A DNA stretch of 26,740 nt, from positions 1 to 26,740 of the forward strand of contig DAOWGI010000012.1 of assembly GCA_030637655.1 (NCBI GenBank). The letters run 5' to 3'. Shown piece by piece: positions 7,227-15,105 of the stretch. The notes beneath the pieces were generated by a model. The model had not been told where the DNA came from, did no database searches, and saw nothing but the letters and a program-made list of their open reading frames with translations. Every line of letters begins with the position of its first letter. Position 1 is the stretch's first letter. Position numbers and translations under genes: made by a program. Source of the stretch: a candidate division FCPU426 bacterium (GTDB lineage: Bacteria > Oederibacteriota > JAAXVQ01 > JAUVAV01).

Positions 7227-9056
7227 ATGGCGATAAAGAAAACGATGAGATCCAAATCCCGGAAAGTAAAATCAGTCAAGACCAAAGCTGTATTAAAAAA
7301 ATCAGTGGCCAAGAAAACTCCCGAAACGTCCAGAGTCAGAAAAAAGAAACCGGGTTCTAATTCAAACTATGCCACCAAGACCCAAAAAACCAAACAATTG
7401 CCGCCTTCGATATTGCATAGAGAAAATGGGAATTTGTTAAAGGAAGTAAAAAAATACCAGCGTCAACTTGAAATGATTCGTAAAATACACACAAACCTCA
7501 CCTCTGTGCTCTCTTTAGATGCCATGTTAACTTTTTTGGTCGAGACAGCGCAGAAATTTTTCACGGCGGACGCAGTAGCTTGTATGTGTTGGGATAGAAG
7601 TAAAAACAATATGATCATTAAAGCCGGGGTTGGTTTTAAAACCGATTATGTGATGAAACAGATAATTCCAGCCCAATGCGTGAAACCTATTATTGATTGC
7701 GGTTATGATCATCTCTATTTTGAGAATCTGCAATTAACTCCCAAAGGGGATTTGAAATTGATTCAAAAAGAGAAATTGGTGAGTGTCCTAACCCTAATAC
7801 TTCGTTTTGGGGAGGAGGTGTTGGGTGCCATTAATATTTACAGTCGTGCCCGGGTACGACGTTTTTCTCAAGAGGAGATCGAAAATGCCCGGATTTTCGC
7901 GCAGCAAGCTGCTATTGCCATGCGCAATGTCAACCTCTATAAAGAAATGAAAGAAGAGGCGCAAATAGCCAAAACTTTGTTGCAAGTGGCAGAGGAAGTA
8001 GGCGCGCTGAATTCTTTAGATGATGTCACCAATCGCCTGGTCATTATTCTGACGCGTTCTTTAAAATTTAAAATGAGTTTGATTTTTCTCTGGGATGAGA
8101 GCAAAAAACTTTTTTTGCCTTCAAAAGCTGTAGGTATTCCTCCACATCGCAGCCATTTGTTTCACACCCTGATTTTACGACAGGATGATTTGAATTTTAC
8201 TGAGCAGGAGCTGGCATTACGGGAAGTGATTAACGCGCAGGACGCGCCAGGTCGTTTTCCCATGGAAAAGATGGCCAATGTACTTATAGAACGGGACTTG
8301 TATCTGGTTGCTCTGGTGAGCAAAGGGCAACTGCTCGGAGCGATTGTGACAGCCGGTTATCAGGGAGAACATGAATTCAATCACAAAGATGAGATGTTTT
8401 TACGCGGAATTGCCGCCGAAGCGGCAATCGCGATTGATGATGCCAGTTTGTTTGAGGCATTGGAAGAAGCCTTTTGGGATATTATTAAATCTTTGGCCGC
8501 AGCCATTGAAGCAAAAGACAGTTACACGCATAGCCATTCCGAATCCGTAATCAACTACGCAACAGCCATTGGAGAAGAATTGCGGTTGGATAAAGAAGAA
8601 ATGAAGTTGTTAAACAAGGCCTGTTTGTTGCATGATTTAGGAAAAATCGGTATTGATGATGGTATTCTTAAGAAAGAAACTCCGTTGACCTTCAATGAAC
8701 GCAAAGACATTGAACGGCATCCTGTGATTGGTTCCCAGATTTTACAATCGGTCGGAAGCTTGGCTGATGTGTCGGTAATTGTCCGGTTTCACCATGAACA
8801 ATATGATGGCAACGGGTACCCGGATCATCTGCGAGGAAAAGATATTCCCCGGCTGGCTCGGATTTTAGCCATAGCCGATTCGTTTGACGCCATGACCTCA
8901 GATCGGCCGTATCGAAAAGCTTTAACTCTGGAACAAGCGGTTGAGCAATTACGTATTTGTTCCGGAAAACAATTTGATCCGGAATTGGTGGAAGTATTCC
9001 TGCGCGTTCTAAACCGGAAGAAATTCAAATGGGGATTGGCAAAAGCCTTGGAATAA
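7227..9056 (+). CDS. Tandem GAF-GAF + HD-GYP phosphodiesterase
   Basis: KDSYTHSHS, LHDLGKIGI, HPVIG, HHEQYDGNGYP, ADSFDAMTSDRPYR; two GAF-like segments; RBS TGAGGT. Confidence 0.94.
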   Translation: MAIKKTMRSKSRKVKSVKTKAVLKKSVAKKTPETSRVRKKKPGSNSNYATKTQKTKQLPPSILHRENGNLLKEVKKYQRQLEMIRKIHTNLTSVLSLDAMLTFLVETAQKFFTADAVACMCWDRSKNNMIIKAGVGFKTDYVMKQIIPAQCVKPIIDCGYDHLYFENLQLTPKGDLKLIQKEKLVSVLTLILRFGEEVLGAINIYSRARVRRFSQEEIENARIFAQQAAIAMRNVNLYKEMKEEAQIAKTLLQVAEEVGALNSLDDVTNRLVIILTRSLKFKMSLIFLWDESKKLFLPSKAVGIPPHRSHLFHTLILRQDDLNFTEQELALREVINAQDAPGRFPMEKMANVLIERDLYLVALVSKGQLLGAIVTAGYQGEHEFNHKDEMFLRGIAAEAAIAIDDASLFEALEEAFWDIIKSLAAAIEAKDSYTHSHSESVINYATAIGEELRLDKEEMKLLNKACLLHDLGKIGIDDGILKKETPLTFNERKDIERHPVIGSQILQSVGSLADVSVIVRFHHEQYDGNGYPDHLRGKDIPRLARILAIADSFDAMTSDRPYRKALTLEQAVEQLRICSGKQFDPELVEVFLRVLNRKKFKWGLAKALE

Positions 9057-9115
9057 TAATTGGAACGCTATTTTAGTACTTCCAGCGGAATAAATTGAGG
9101 AGATTTGGTCCAGGC

Positions 9116-9934
9116 ATGATTTTTTTGCAAGCAATGGTATTGGGTGTGGTTCAAGGTTTGACCGAATTTTTACCCATCAGCAGTTCCGCCCATCTAACAT
9201 TAATACCGGAACTGTTTGGTTGGGAAGCTCCTTTGATGCATTCTCTGTCATTTGATGTGGCCCTGCACTCCGGGACCTTGCTGGCGGTGGTAATCTATTT
9301 TCGGAAAGATATTTTGAAAATGTGCCAAGCCTTTGTACGTAGTTGGTGGGATCAGCAAATCCGGCAAGCGCCGGAGACCAAACTGGCCTGGTGGATTATT
9401 ATAGGAACCGTACCGGCCGTGGTGGCTGCTCTGCTTTTTAAGTCAGCCATTGAGACCGTTTTTCGCGCGCCCTTGCTGGTAGCGATCTGGCTGATAGTGT
9501 TCGGTCTGGTTATGGCGCTGGCAGAAAAGTATTCCCGGCAAGAGCGATCAATCTCGGAAATGCGTTTTTGGGATGCTGCTTTCATTGGTGCGGCGCAAGC
9601 TTTGGCTTTGATGCCAGGGGTATCACGTTCCGGGAGCACTATTACAGCCGGTTTGTGCTTAAAGCTGAAACGAGCCCAAGCTGCGCGTTTTGCCTTCTTG
9701 TTGAGTATTCCGGCCATTCTAGGAGCTATGGTATTCCAGTTGAAAGCCCTGATCGGAATGGCTCTGGAGCAGTCATGGGGAGTCCTGTTGCTGGGGACAG
9801 CGGCGGCAGCCTTGTCCGGATATGCTTGTATCAAGTTTTTGCTTGCGTATTTGCAAAAGCAAACATTATATTTATTTGTGATATATCGCGTGATTCTCGG
9901 TCTCGTGGTAATCGGCTGGGTAATACTTAAATAA
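9116..9934 (+). CDS. uppP: Undecaprenyl-diphosphate phosphatase
   Basis: QGLTEFLPISSSAHL and AQALALMPGVSRSGSTI signatures of BacA/UppP; ATG 9116 preferred over TTG 9095. Confidence 0.96.
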   Translation: MIFLQAMVLGVVQGLTEFLPISSSAHLTLIPELFGWEAPLMHSLSFDVALHSGTLLAVVIYFRKDILKMCQAFVRSWWDQQIRQAPETKLAWWIIIGTVPAVVAALLFKSAIETVFRAPLLVAIWLIVFGLVMALAEKYSRQERSISEMRFWDAAFIGAAQALALMPGVSRSGSTITAGLCLKLKRAQAARFAFLLSIPAILGAMVFQLKALIGMALEQSWGVLLLGTAAAALSGYACIKFLLAYLQKQTLYLFVIYRVILGLVVIGWVILK

Positions 9935-10004
9935 GTAAAAAAGCAAGCCTGGATTCAATTCCGGCTGAACTTGGACGATGATACATTAAAAGGGGGAAAG
10001 TGCC

Positions 10005-10676
10005 ATGGATCCGTATTCTACACAGATGTTGATGTTAAACCAATTGGGACAGCTGGGCAATTCATTTGTCGAACACATTCGGTCGGTACTGATCGCACTG
10101 GTGCTGATTGTGGTGGGCTTGATTGTGGCGGAAATTGCGAAACATATCAGCGTGGTTTTGCTCCGTGTTTTTCGTTGGAACCGCTTCAGCGTTTGGACGG
10201 GTTTAACTCAAATCATGCAAAAAGTCAGAGCTGATGTGAATTCTGCGGTGTTGATCGGAGAATTTTTATTCTGGCTGATTTTTATTTCTTTTCTCATGAA
10301 AGCCTTTATAGTGACTGGGATCAATTCCGTGTCCGGGCTGGGCCGGGTTTATTTTGATCATATAGGAAGTGTTTTTCAAGCTGCCCTGATTTTAGCGCTG
10401 GCCGGGATTATTTCACAGTGGCTGGCAAAGGCCATATTATTGATCGTGGATCATGCCGCGGCCTGGTATGCTTCGGCCATAGGACGTACGCTGGTCTTGA
10501 CCTTAGGCGCATACACTGCGATATTGGGATTGGGTGTTGACCGCGACCTGGTTTTGTTTATGGGTTTAATACTGTTTGCCGGTGTTATGTTGGCTTTGGC
10601 ATTGCAGTGGAATCGGAATGTCGGTTCCGTATATCAACACGTCGTTCGCGTTGAAGATGGTGAGAAAGGGTTGTAA
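10005..10676 (+). CDS. Conserved TM-helix protein (MscS N-terminal/CmpX-like), no soluble MscS domain seen
   Basis: Repeated TM pattern (ALVLIVVGLIVA...LIGEFLFWLIFISFL..A....G; AALILALAGIIS); RBS AGGGGG. Confidence 0.65.
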   Translation: MDPYSTQMLMLNQLGQLGNSFVEHIRSVLIALVLIVVGLIVAEIAKHISVVLLRVFRWNRFSVWTGLTQIMQKVRADVNSAVLIGEFLFWLIFISFLMKAFIVTGINSVSGLGRVYFDHIGSVFQAALILALAGIISQWLAKAILLIVDHAAAWYASAIGRTLVLTLGAYTAILGLGVDRDLVLFMGLILFAGVMLALALQWNRNVGSVYQHVVRVEDGEKGL

Positions 10677-10681
10677 ACCGG

Positions 10682-12661
10682 ATGATTATTTTAGGACGAG
10701 ACATTTGCGGAAATTTGGAAATTTCTTCCCGTAAAGAATGGTTGGAAACCAATGGTATTGGCGGTTATGCGTACGGTACTGTTTCCGGATTGCATACGCG
10801 CAGTTATCATTCGTTGCTGACCGCGGCCCTGGAAGTGCCTTTACGCAGAGTGATTATGCTCTCGCAATTGGAAGAAACGATCAACTATGGTAATAAACGC
10901 TATGTGCTGTCAACCAATCAATATAAGCAGACCGTCCCAGCGGAAGGATATTTAAATATGGAAGAATTCCGCTTGGACCCCTTTCCGGTGATTACCTACC
11001 GTTTAGCGGATTTGTTGCTGGAAAAGCAGATATTTATGTCTTATGGATTTAATTTGACCTGGATTACCTACCGGCTCTTAACTCCGCTGCCGGAAAATAG
11101 TGAAATGCGATTGACTGTCCGTCCGTTGGTTAATTTCCGTGACCATCATCTTAAAAAGAGTGAACAGCATTTTTTTTTTAGTACACACCATGATTTGGAA
11201 AAGAAAGTTGTTCGTCTGATGCCGGATAAAAATCTGCCGGCGTTAAATATGTACCACAACGCCTCGGGGTTTGAACATTCCGCTCAATGGTACCATGACA
11301 TATTTTATCAGGAAGAAAAGCAACGTGGTTTGGAATGCACGGAAGACGTTTTCTCTCCGGGTATTATCAATTACAGTTTTAATAAAGAAAACGATCTGGG
11401 ATTTATGGCGGTCACCACCAATGTGCTGGACAATCCGGATCCGGAAGTGGCTGCCAACGCGGAACGTATTCGCCGGCGGGAGCTGATCAAGGCCATAGAA
11501 CCAGGGGATCGTTTTGGAAAAATGCTGGCCCTGACAGCCGATCAGTTTATAGTGAAGCGTGATGAGGGGTTGAGCGTTATGGCAGGATATCCCTGGTTGC
11601 CGGACAGTGGACGCGAAGCCATGATTGCCATGCCTGGTTTGACCATGATCTTAAACCGGAAAGAAGAGACCCGGACATTGCTGCAAACATTTGCCGGTTA
11701 TTGCTATAAGGGGATGTTTCCGAATTATTTTAACGAGACGGATGCCAAGCCTTTTTACAATTCGGTTGACGCGGCCTTGTGGTTTTTTGTTGCAGTGTAT
11801 CAATACCGTCGTTTTTTTGGAGATGATGATTTTATTCGGCAGGAACTCTGGAAAATCATGCTGGAAATTATTGAGAGGTATACTAAAGGCACCTTGTACA
11901 ACATAAAGATGGACAAAGACGGATTGATCAATATTCCTGAAGAGGGTGGACAACTCACCTGGATGGATGCTCAAGTGGGTGATTGGATAGTGACACCGCG
12001 TTCCGGGAAACCCGTTGAAGTGAATGCACTCTGGTACAATGCACTCTGTTTTATGCGTGACTTGGCAGAAACCTTTGGCGAGCAAAAAAAGCAGAAACGC
12101 TTTTCCGAGTTGGCAGAAAAAACCAAAGCTGCTTTTCAAACGGCATTTTGGAATGAAATTAAAAATTATTGCTATGACCGGATAGAGGAGCATTATCAAG
12201 ATCCCAGTTTGCGTCCGAATCAATTAATCGCGTTGGCTTTGCCCTATCCAGTGGTGCCGGCTGACCAAGCCAAAAAAATATTAAAAATTATTCGTCAAGA
12301 ATTGTATACCACCTTTGGGTTAGGTACTCTTAATCACGACCATGAAGATTACCAGGGGAATTATGCCGGTGATATCATTAGCCGTGAAGGCGCAGCCCAC
12401 CAAGGAACGGTTTGGCCGTGGCTGCTGGGTCCGTATGCAGATTCCTTGCGCCAAGTGTATGGCAATACGCCGGAAACCCGGGCGGAAATACGCCGGTTGC
12501 TTAAACCGTTTGAAGCGCATATCAAAGAAGCAGGTTTGGGCAGTATTTCTGAAATGTTTGACGGTGATCCGCCGCATTCGGCGCGAGGGTGTGTGTCCCG
12601 AGCTTGTAATGTGGCTGAAATATTGCGTCTGCATTTAGAACTTCTGAAAGACAAATCCTGA
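10682..12661 (+). CDS. Glycogen debranching enzyme-like (amylo-alpha-1,6-glucosidase, archaeal-type GDE_N + catalytic barrel)
   Basis: EWLETNGIGGYA.GT..G..TR.YH, LTWMDAQVGDW.VTPRSGKPVEVNALWYNAL, LRPNQL, HQGTVWPWLLG, SEMFDGDPPH. Confidence 0.92.
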   Translation: MIILGRDICGNLEISSRKEWLETNGIGGYAYGTVSGLHTRSYHSLLTAALEVPLRRVIMLSQLEETINYGNKRYVLSTNQYKQTVPAEGYLNMEEFRLDPFPVITYRLADLLLEKQIFMSYGFNLTWITYRLLTPLPENSEMRLTVRPLVNFRDHHLKKSEQHFFFSTHHDLEKKVVRLMPDKNLPALNMYHNASGFEHSAQWYHDIFYQEEKQRGLECTEDVFSPGIINYSFNKENDLGFMAVTTNVLDNPDPEVAANAERIRRRELIKAIEPGDRFGKMLALTADQFIVKRDEGLSVMAGYPWLPDSGREAMIAMPGLTMILNRKEETRTLLQTFAGYCYKGMFPNYFNETDAKPFYNSVDAALWFFVAVYQYRRFFGDDDFIRQELWKIMLEIIERYTKGTLYNIKMDKDGLINIPEEGGQLTWMDAQVGDWIVTPRSGKPVEVNALWYNALCFMRDLAETFGEQKKQKRFSELAEKTKAAFQTAFWNEIKNYCYDRIEEHYQDPSLRPNQLIALALPYPVVPADQAKKILKIIRQELYTTFGLGTLNHDHEDYQGNYAGDIISREGAAHQGTVWPWLLGPYADSLRQVYGNTPETRAEIRRLLKPFEAHIKEAGLGSISEMFDGDPPHSARGCVSRACNVAEILRLHLELLKDKS

Positions 12662-12730
12662 TCTGCAATCATTCACAACCAAAGAGCCGGGCAGCGCAGG
12701 AAGATTAAGCTTCCTATTCCCAGTGAAGTT

Positions 12731-12910
12731 GTAACAGGTCAGTGAAGAGAGAAAAACCTAATCCGGATAAACCGGAACCAAAATTAACCGCCGATGAACG
12801 CAAATAAACGCAGATATTTATAGCTTAAGAGATAAAAAAATTTTTAATCCGTATTTATCGGCGTTCATCGGCGGCTAATTTTTTTTCCATTAGTTCACTG
12901 CCCATATTAC
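12731..12910. mobile_element. 180-bp MITE with GTAA/TTAC ends and 8-bp target duplication (IS66-like signature)
   Basis: Ends GTAACAGGTCAGTGAA(12731-12746)/TTCACTGCCCATATTAC(12894-12910); flanking direct repeat GTGAAGTT at 12723-12730 and 12911-12918; internal 22-bp near-perfect IR 12780-12801/12861-12882. Confidence 0.8.
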
Positions 12911-12929
12911 GTGAAGTTCTGGAATTGCC

Positions 12930-12959
12930 TTGCTTTTATCAAGGGGAATAAAATATAAT
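12930..12959 (+). promoter_or_regulatory. Putative sigma70 promoter
   Basis: TTGCTT-18 nt-TATAAT about 40 nt upstream of ATG 13001. Confidence 0.4.
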
Positions 12960-13000
12960 GAGGGAAATGCAATTCAAACGAATCGAAAAGGACGCGTGGT

Positions 13001-13891
13001 ATGGCGGAAGTAGAGTATCCTGAGAGATCACTGGAGCAGCCATCCTCACTCCAGCGCTGGAGTTGGGGGGCAATGCTGCTCAATGTGATCTGGGGCCTCA
13101 AGCACAACGTAGACCTGGCTTTGTTGACGCTGATTCCGGTGGTAGGTTTAGTAATTCCTTTTATTTTAGGAGCCAAAGGAAATGCCTGGGCCTGGAAAAA
13201 CCTGGAGTGGAAGAGTGTAGAGCAATTTGAAAAATCACAAGCCAACTGGGCGTTGTGGGGATTCGTTGCTTGGTTTTTTATCGCGGTAGCGCTTTTCATT
13301 CCGGTGGCCAAAGGCATTATGGAGTTTAAGTGGAGTCATTCCAAAGTCTACCAGGAAACCATCGAAGAATTTTTAACTCTGGACAAAATTAAGATTATCT
13401 TGGGAGACAAGGCACGTGCCGATTTATATGAAGTCAAGAAGCTTTCAGGCCGTCGCCTGCGTTTAGGTTTTCGGATCAAAGGGACACGTTCGACCAGCAA
13501 AGCGCGTTTTCATATTATGGAAATTGCCGGCCACTGGGCAGTGTATCGGATTACCATATATGAACCGAGCGGAAAGTCAGTCGTCGATTTTCCATTGCCG
13601 CATGACATGTTGATGTACGGACCGGGAAAAAAAATGGGTGAGCGACCTCAACTAACGGAAAATTATAACGTGATTGTTGTCAATGCCGGAAATGCGCGGA
13701 TTCTTCATTTGGCGAGAGTCATCAATGAATTGAATCCGGAAATATCCGTTACTGAGGCGGTTGAGCTGGTGCGTTTTGCTCCGCAACGGATTTATTCCGG
13801 CGCTACCGAACAAGGAGCCTTAAAGATGAAACAAAAACTTGAGGATTTTGGCGCGGTGGTTGAGTTAAAAAAAGGCTTGTCCGGCCAATGA
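13001..13891 (+). CDS. Membrane protein with W(S/N)WGA N-terminal domain, possible Coa1-like middle domain and C-terminal ribosomal L7/L12-CTD-like domain
   Basis: RWSWGA...KGNAWAW...W.SVEQF...Q..WA.WG; the C-terminus YNVIVVNAG...EAVELVRFAP..IYSGATEQGALKMKQKLEDFGAVVELK parallels the L7/L12 CTD. Confidence 0.75.
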   Translation: MAEVEYPERSLEQPSSLQRWSWGAMLLNVIWGLKHNVDLALLTLIPVVGLVIPFILGAKGNAWAWKNLEWKSVEQFEKSQANWALWGFVAWFFIAVALFIPVAKGIMEFKWSHSKVYQETIEEFLTLDKIKIILGDKARADLYEVKKLSGRRLRLGFRIKGTRSTSKARFHIMEIAGHWAVYRITIYEPSGKSVVDFPLPHDMLMYGPGKKMGERPQLTENYNVIVVNAGNARILHLARVINELNPEISVTEAVELVRFAPQRIYSGATEQGALKMKQKLEDFGAVVELKKGLSGQ

Positions 13892-14478
13892 CTACAAAAA
13901 AAACGAGAAGCAATGCATCTCAGGAGCAAGCATCCCTCCAATTTCTCTATCACGACTTTAATCAGTGTTTTGAACAGCTGCGCTATTATGACAACCAAAT
14001 CATCAGTAATTTCCGGTTTGTGTTTGTAGTCTATACTTTCTTGACTGGTATTGTCACCTCATTGTACCAGCTTTTTACAGCTAAAGAACTTGATTTGTAT
14101 CTGCCGGCCATGTTGACTTTGAGCGTCGGATTACTTTTAGGGATTGTTATTTTTGCCGTGATTATACGCAATCGGATTTATTTTGTTCGTATGGCCCGGT
14201 ACGTGAATGAACTGCGCGAACTCTTTTTACAGCATAAACCACTGGGTTTTGAAAATCACACCCGAATGTATACCCGGTCTGATGAACCGTATTATTTTAA
14301 TTGGTTAAGTTCTCAGTCGTGGTTGATTTACATTGTTGCCTTTTTGAATGCCATGGTACTTTTTGTGATCGGTCTGTTTGCCTCGGCCTATCCCTTGGGT
14401 ATCTACGCAGCACTGGCTCTGTTCTTCTTTGCCATCCAAATTGCGGCTGCCATCCTGGCTTTGCAAGCCAGAGAATAG
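13888..14478 (+). CDS. Hypothetical 4-TM membrane protein
   Basis: ATGA overlap with the upstream stop; four hydrophobic helices in a 2+2 arrangement around a charged loop. Confidence 0.8.
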   Translation: MTTKKTRSNASQEQASLQFLYHDFNQCFEQLRYYDNQIISNFRFVFVVYTFLTGIVTSLYQLFTAKELDLYLPAMLTLSVGLLLGIVIFAVIIRNRIYFVRMARYVNELRELFLQHKPLGFENHTRMYTRSDEPYYFNWLSSQSWLIYIVAFLNAMVLFVIGLFASAYPLGIYAALALFFFAIQIAAAILALQARE

Positions 14479-14635
14479 CCGGGACATTTTCCGGCAGTGC
14501 GACTAAGAGCAGAAACCATTTTGAAATACAATGAAGAAAAGTTACAAGCTGCTTGGAAAGTCTCTTGCCGGTTAAAAGGAAAGCAGTCTGTGCCGGAAGA
14601 GGCATAACCAAGAATATCACGGGGGCGACACGGCC

Positions 14636-14818
14636 ATGGAGTATGTCTCATTTGATCCGGAAAACGGGGATCTGCATTTGCAACTTCCGGAGTCCTACCT
14701 GCAGTATCAAGAAGAACTCTACGTACTGCTGGCTGATAAATTTTTGAGCGAAGACATAAATGACCAGACACTCGAGCGCATGAATGCTTATGTGGCAGAG
14801 TGGCTAAAAACGCGCTGA
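14636..14818 (+). CDS. Small acidic hypothetical protein (60 aa)
   Basis: Protein-like composition, G-rich stretch upstream, co-oriented with neighbours, followed by stem-loops. Confidence 0.6.
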   Translation: MEYVSFDPENGDLHLQLPESYLQYQEELYVLLADKFLSEDINDQTLERMNAYVAEWLKTR

Positions 14819-14834
14819 ATTTTTTAGCGGTTCA

Positions 14835-14964
14835 ATCCTATTAAATGTGATAAAAATACCACAGACTCACGCCTGCGCGTATTTTTATGTTAGGATCAGA
14901 ATGTCCTTTTCTGCCATGACACCCTTCTTTGCTAATCGGGTATCTTAGCATTCAATAGGACATT
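14835..14964. repeat. Two consecutive stem-loops (terminator or REP-like)
   Basis: ATCCTA/TAGGAT enclosing ATAAAAATAC(14850-14859)/GTATTTTTAT(14879-14888); AATGTCCT(14900-14907)/AGGACATT(14957-14964) enclosing GACACCC/GGGTATC. Confidence 0.5.
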
Positions 14965-15105
14965 TATATTTTGGGTTGACAGTGATTTTTTTACTCATGG
15001 ACAGGTCTCCTAATAGTATTTTATACTATTTTTCCGATTCGGGGTAATTGCCCGGGGTTTCCTTCACAGGCCGGACAGGGAAAAAGGCTGCAAGGGAGTT
15101 TGCTT

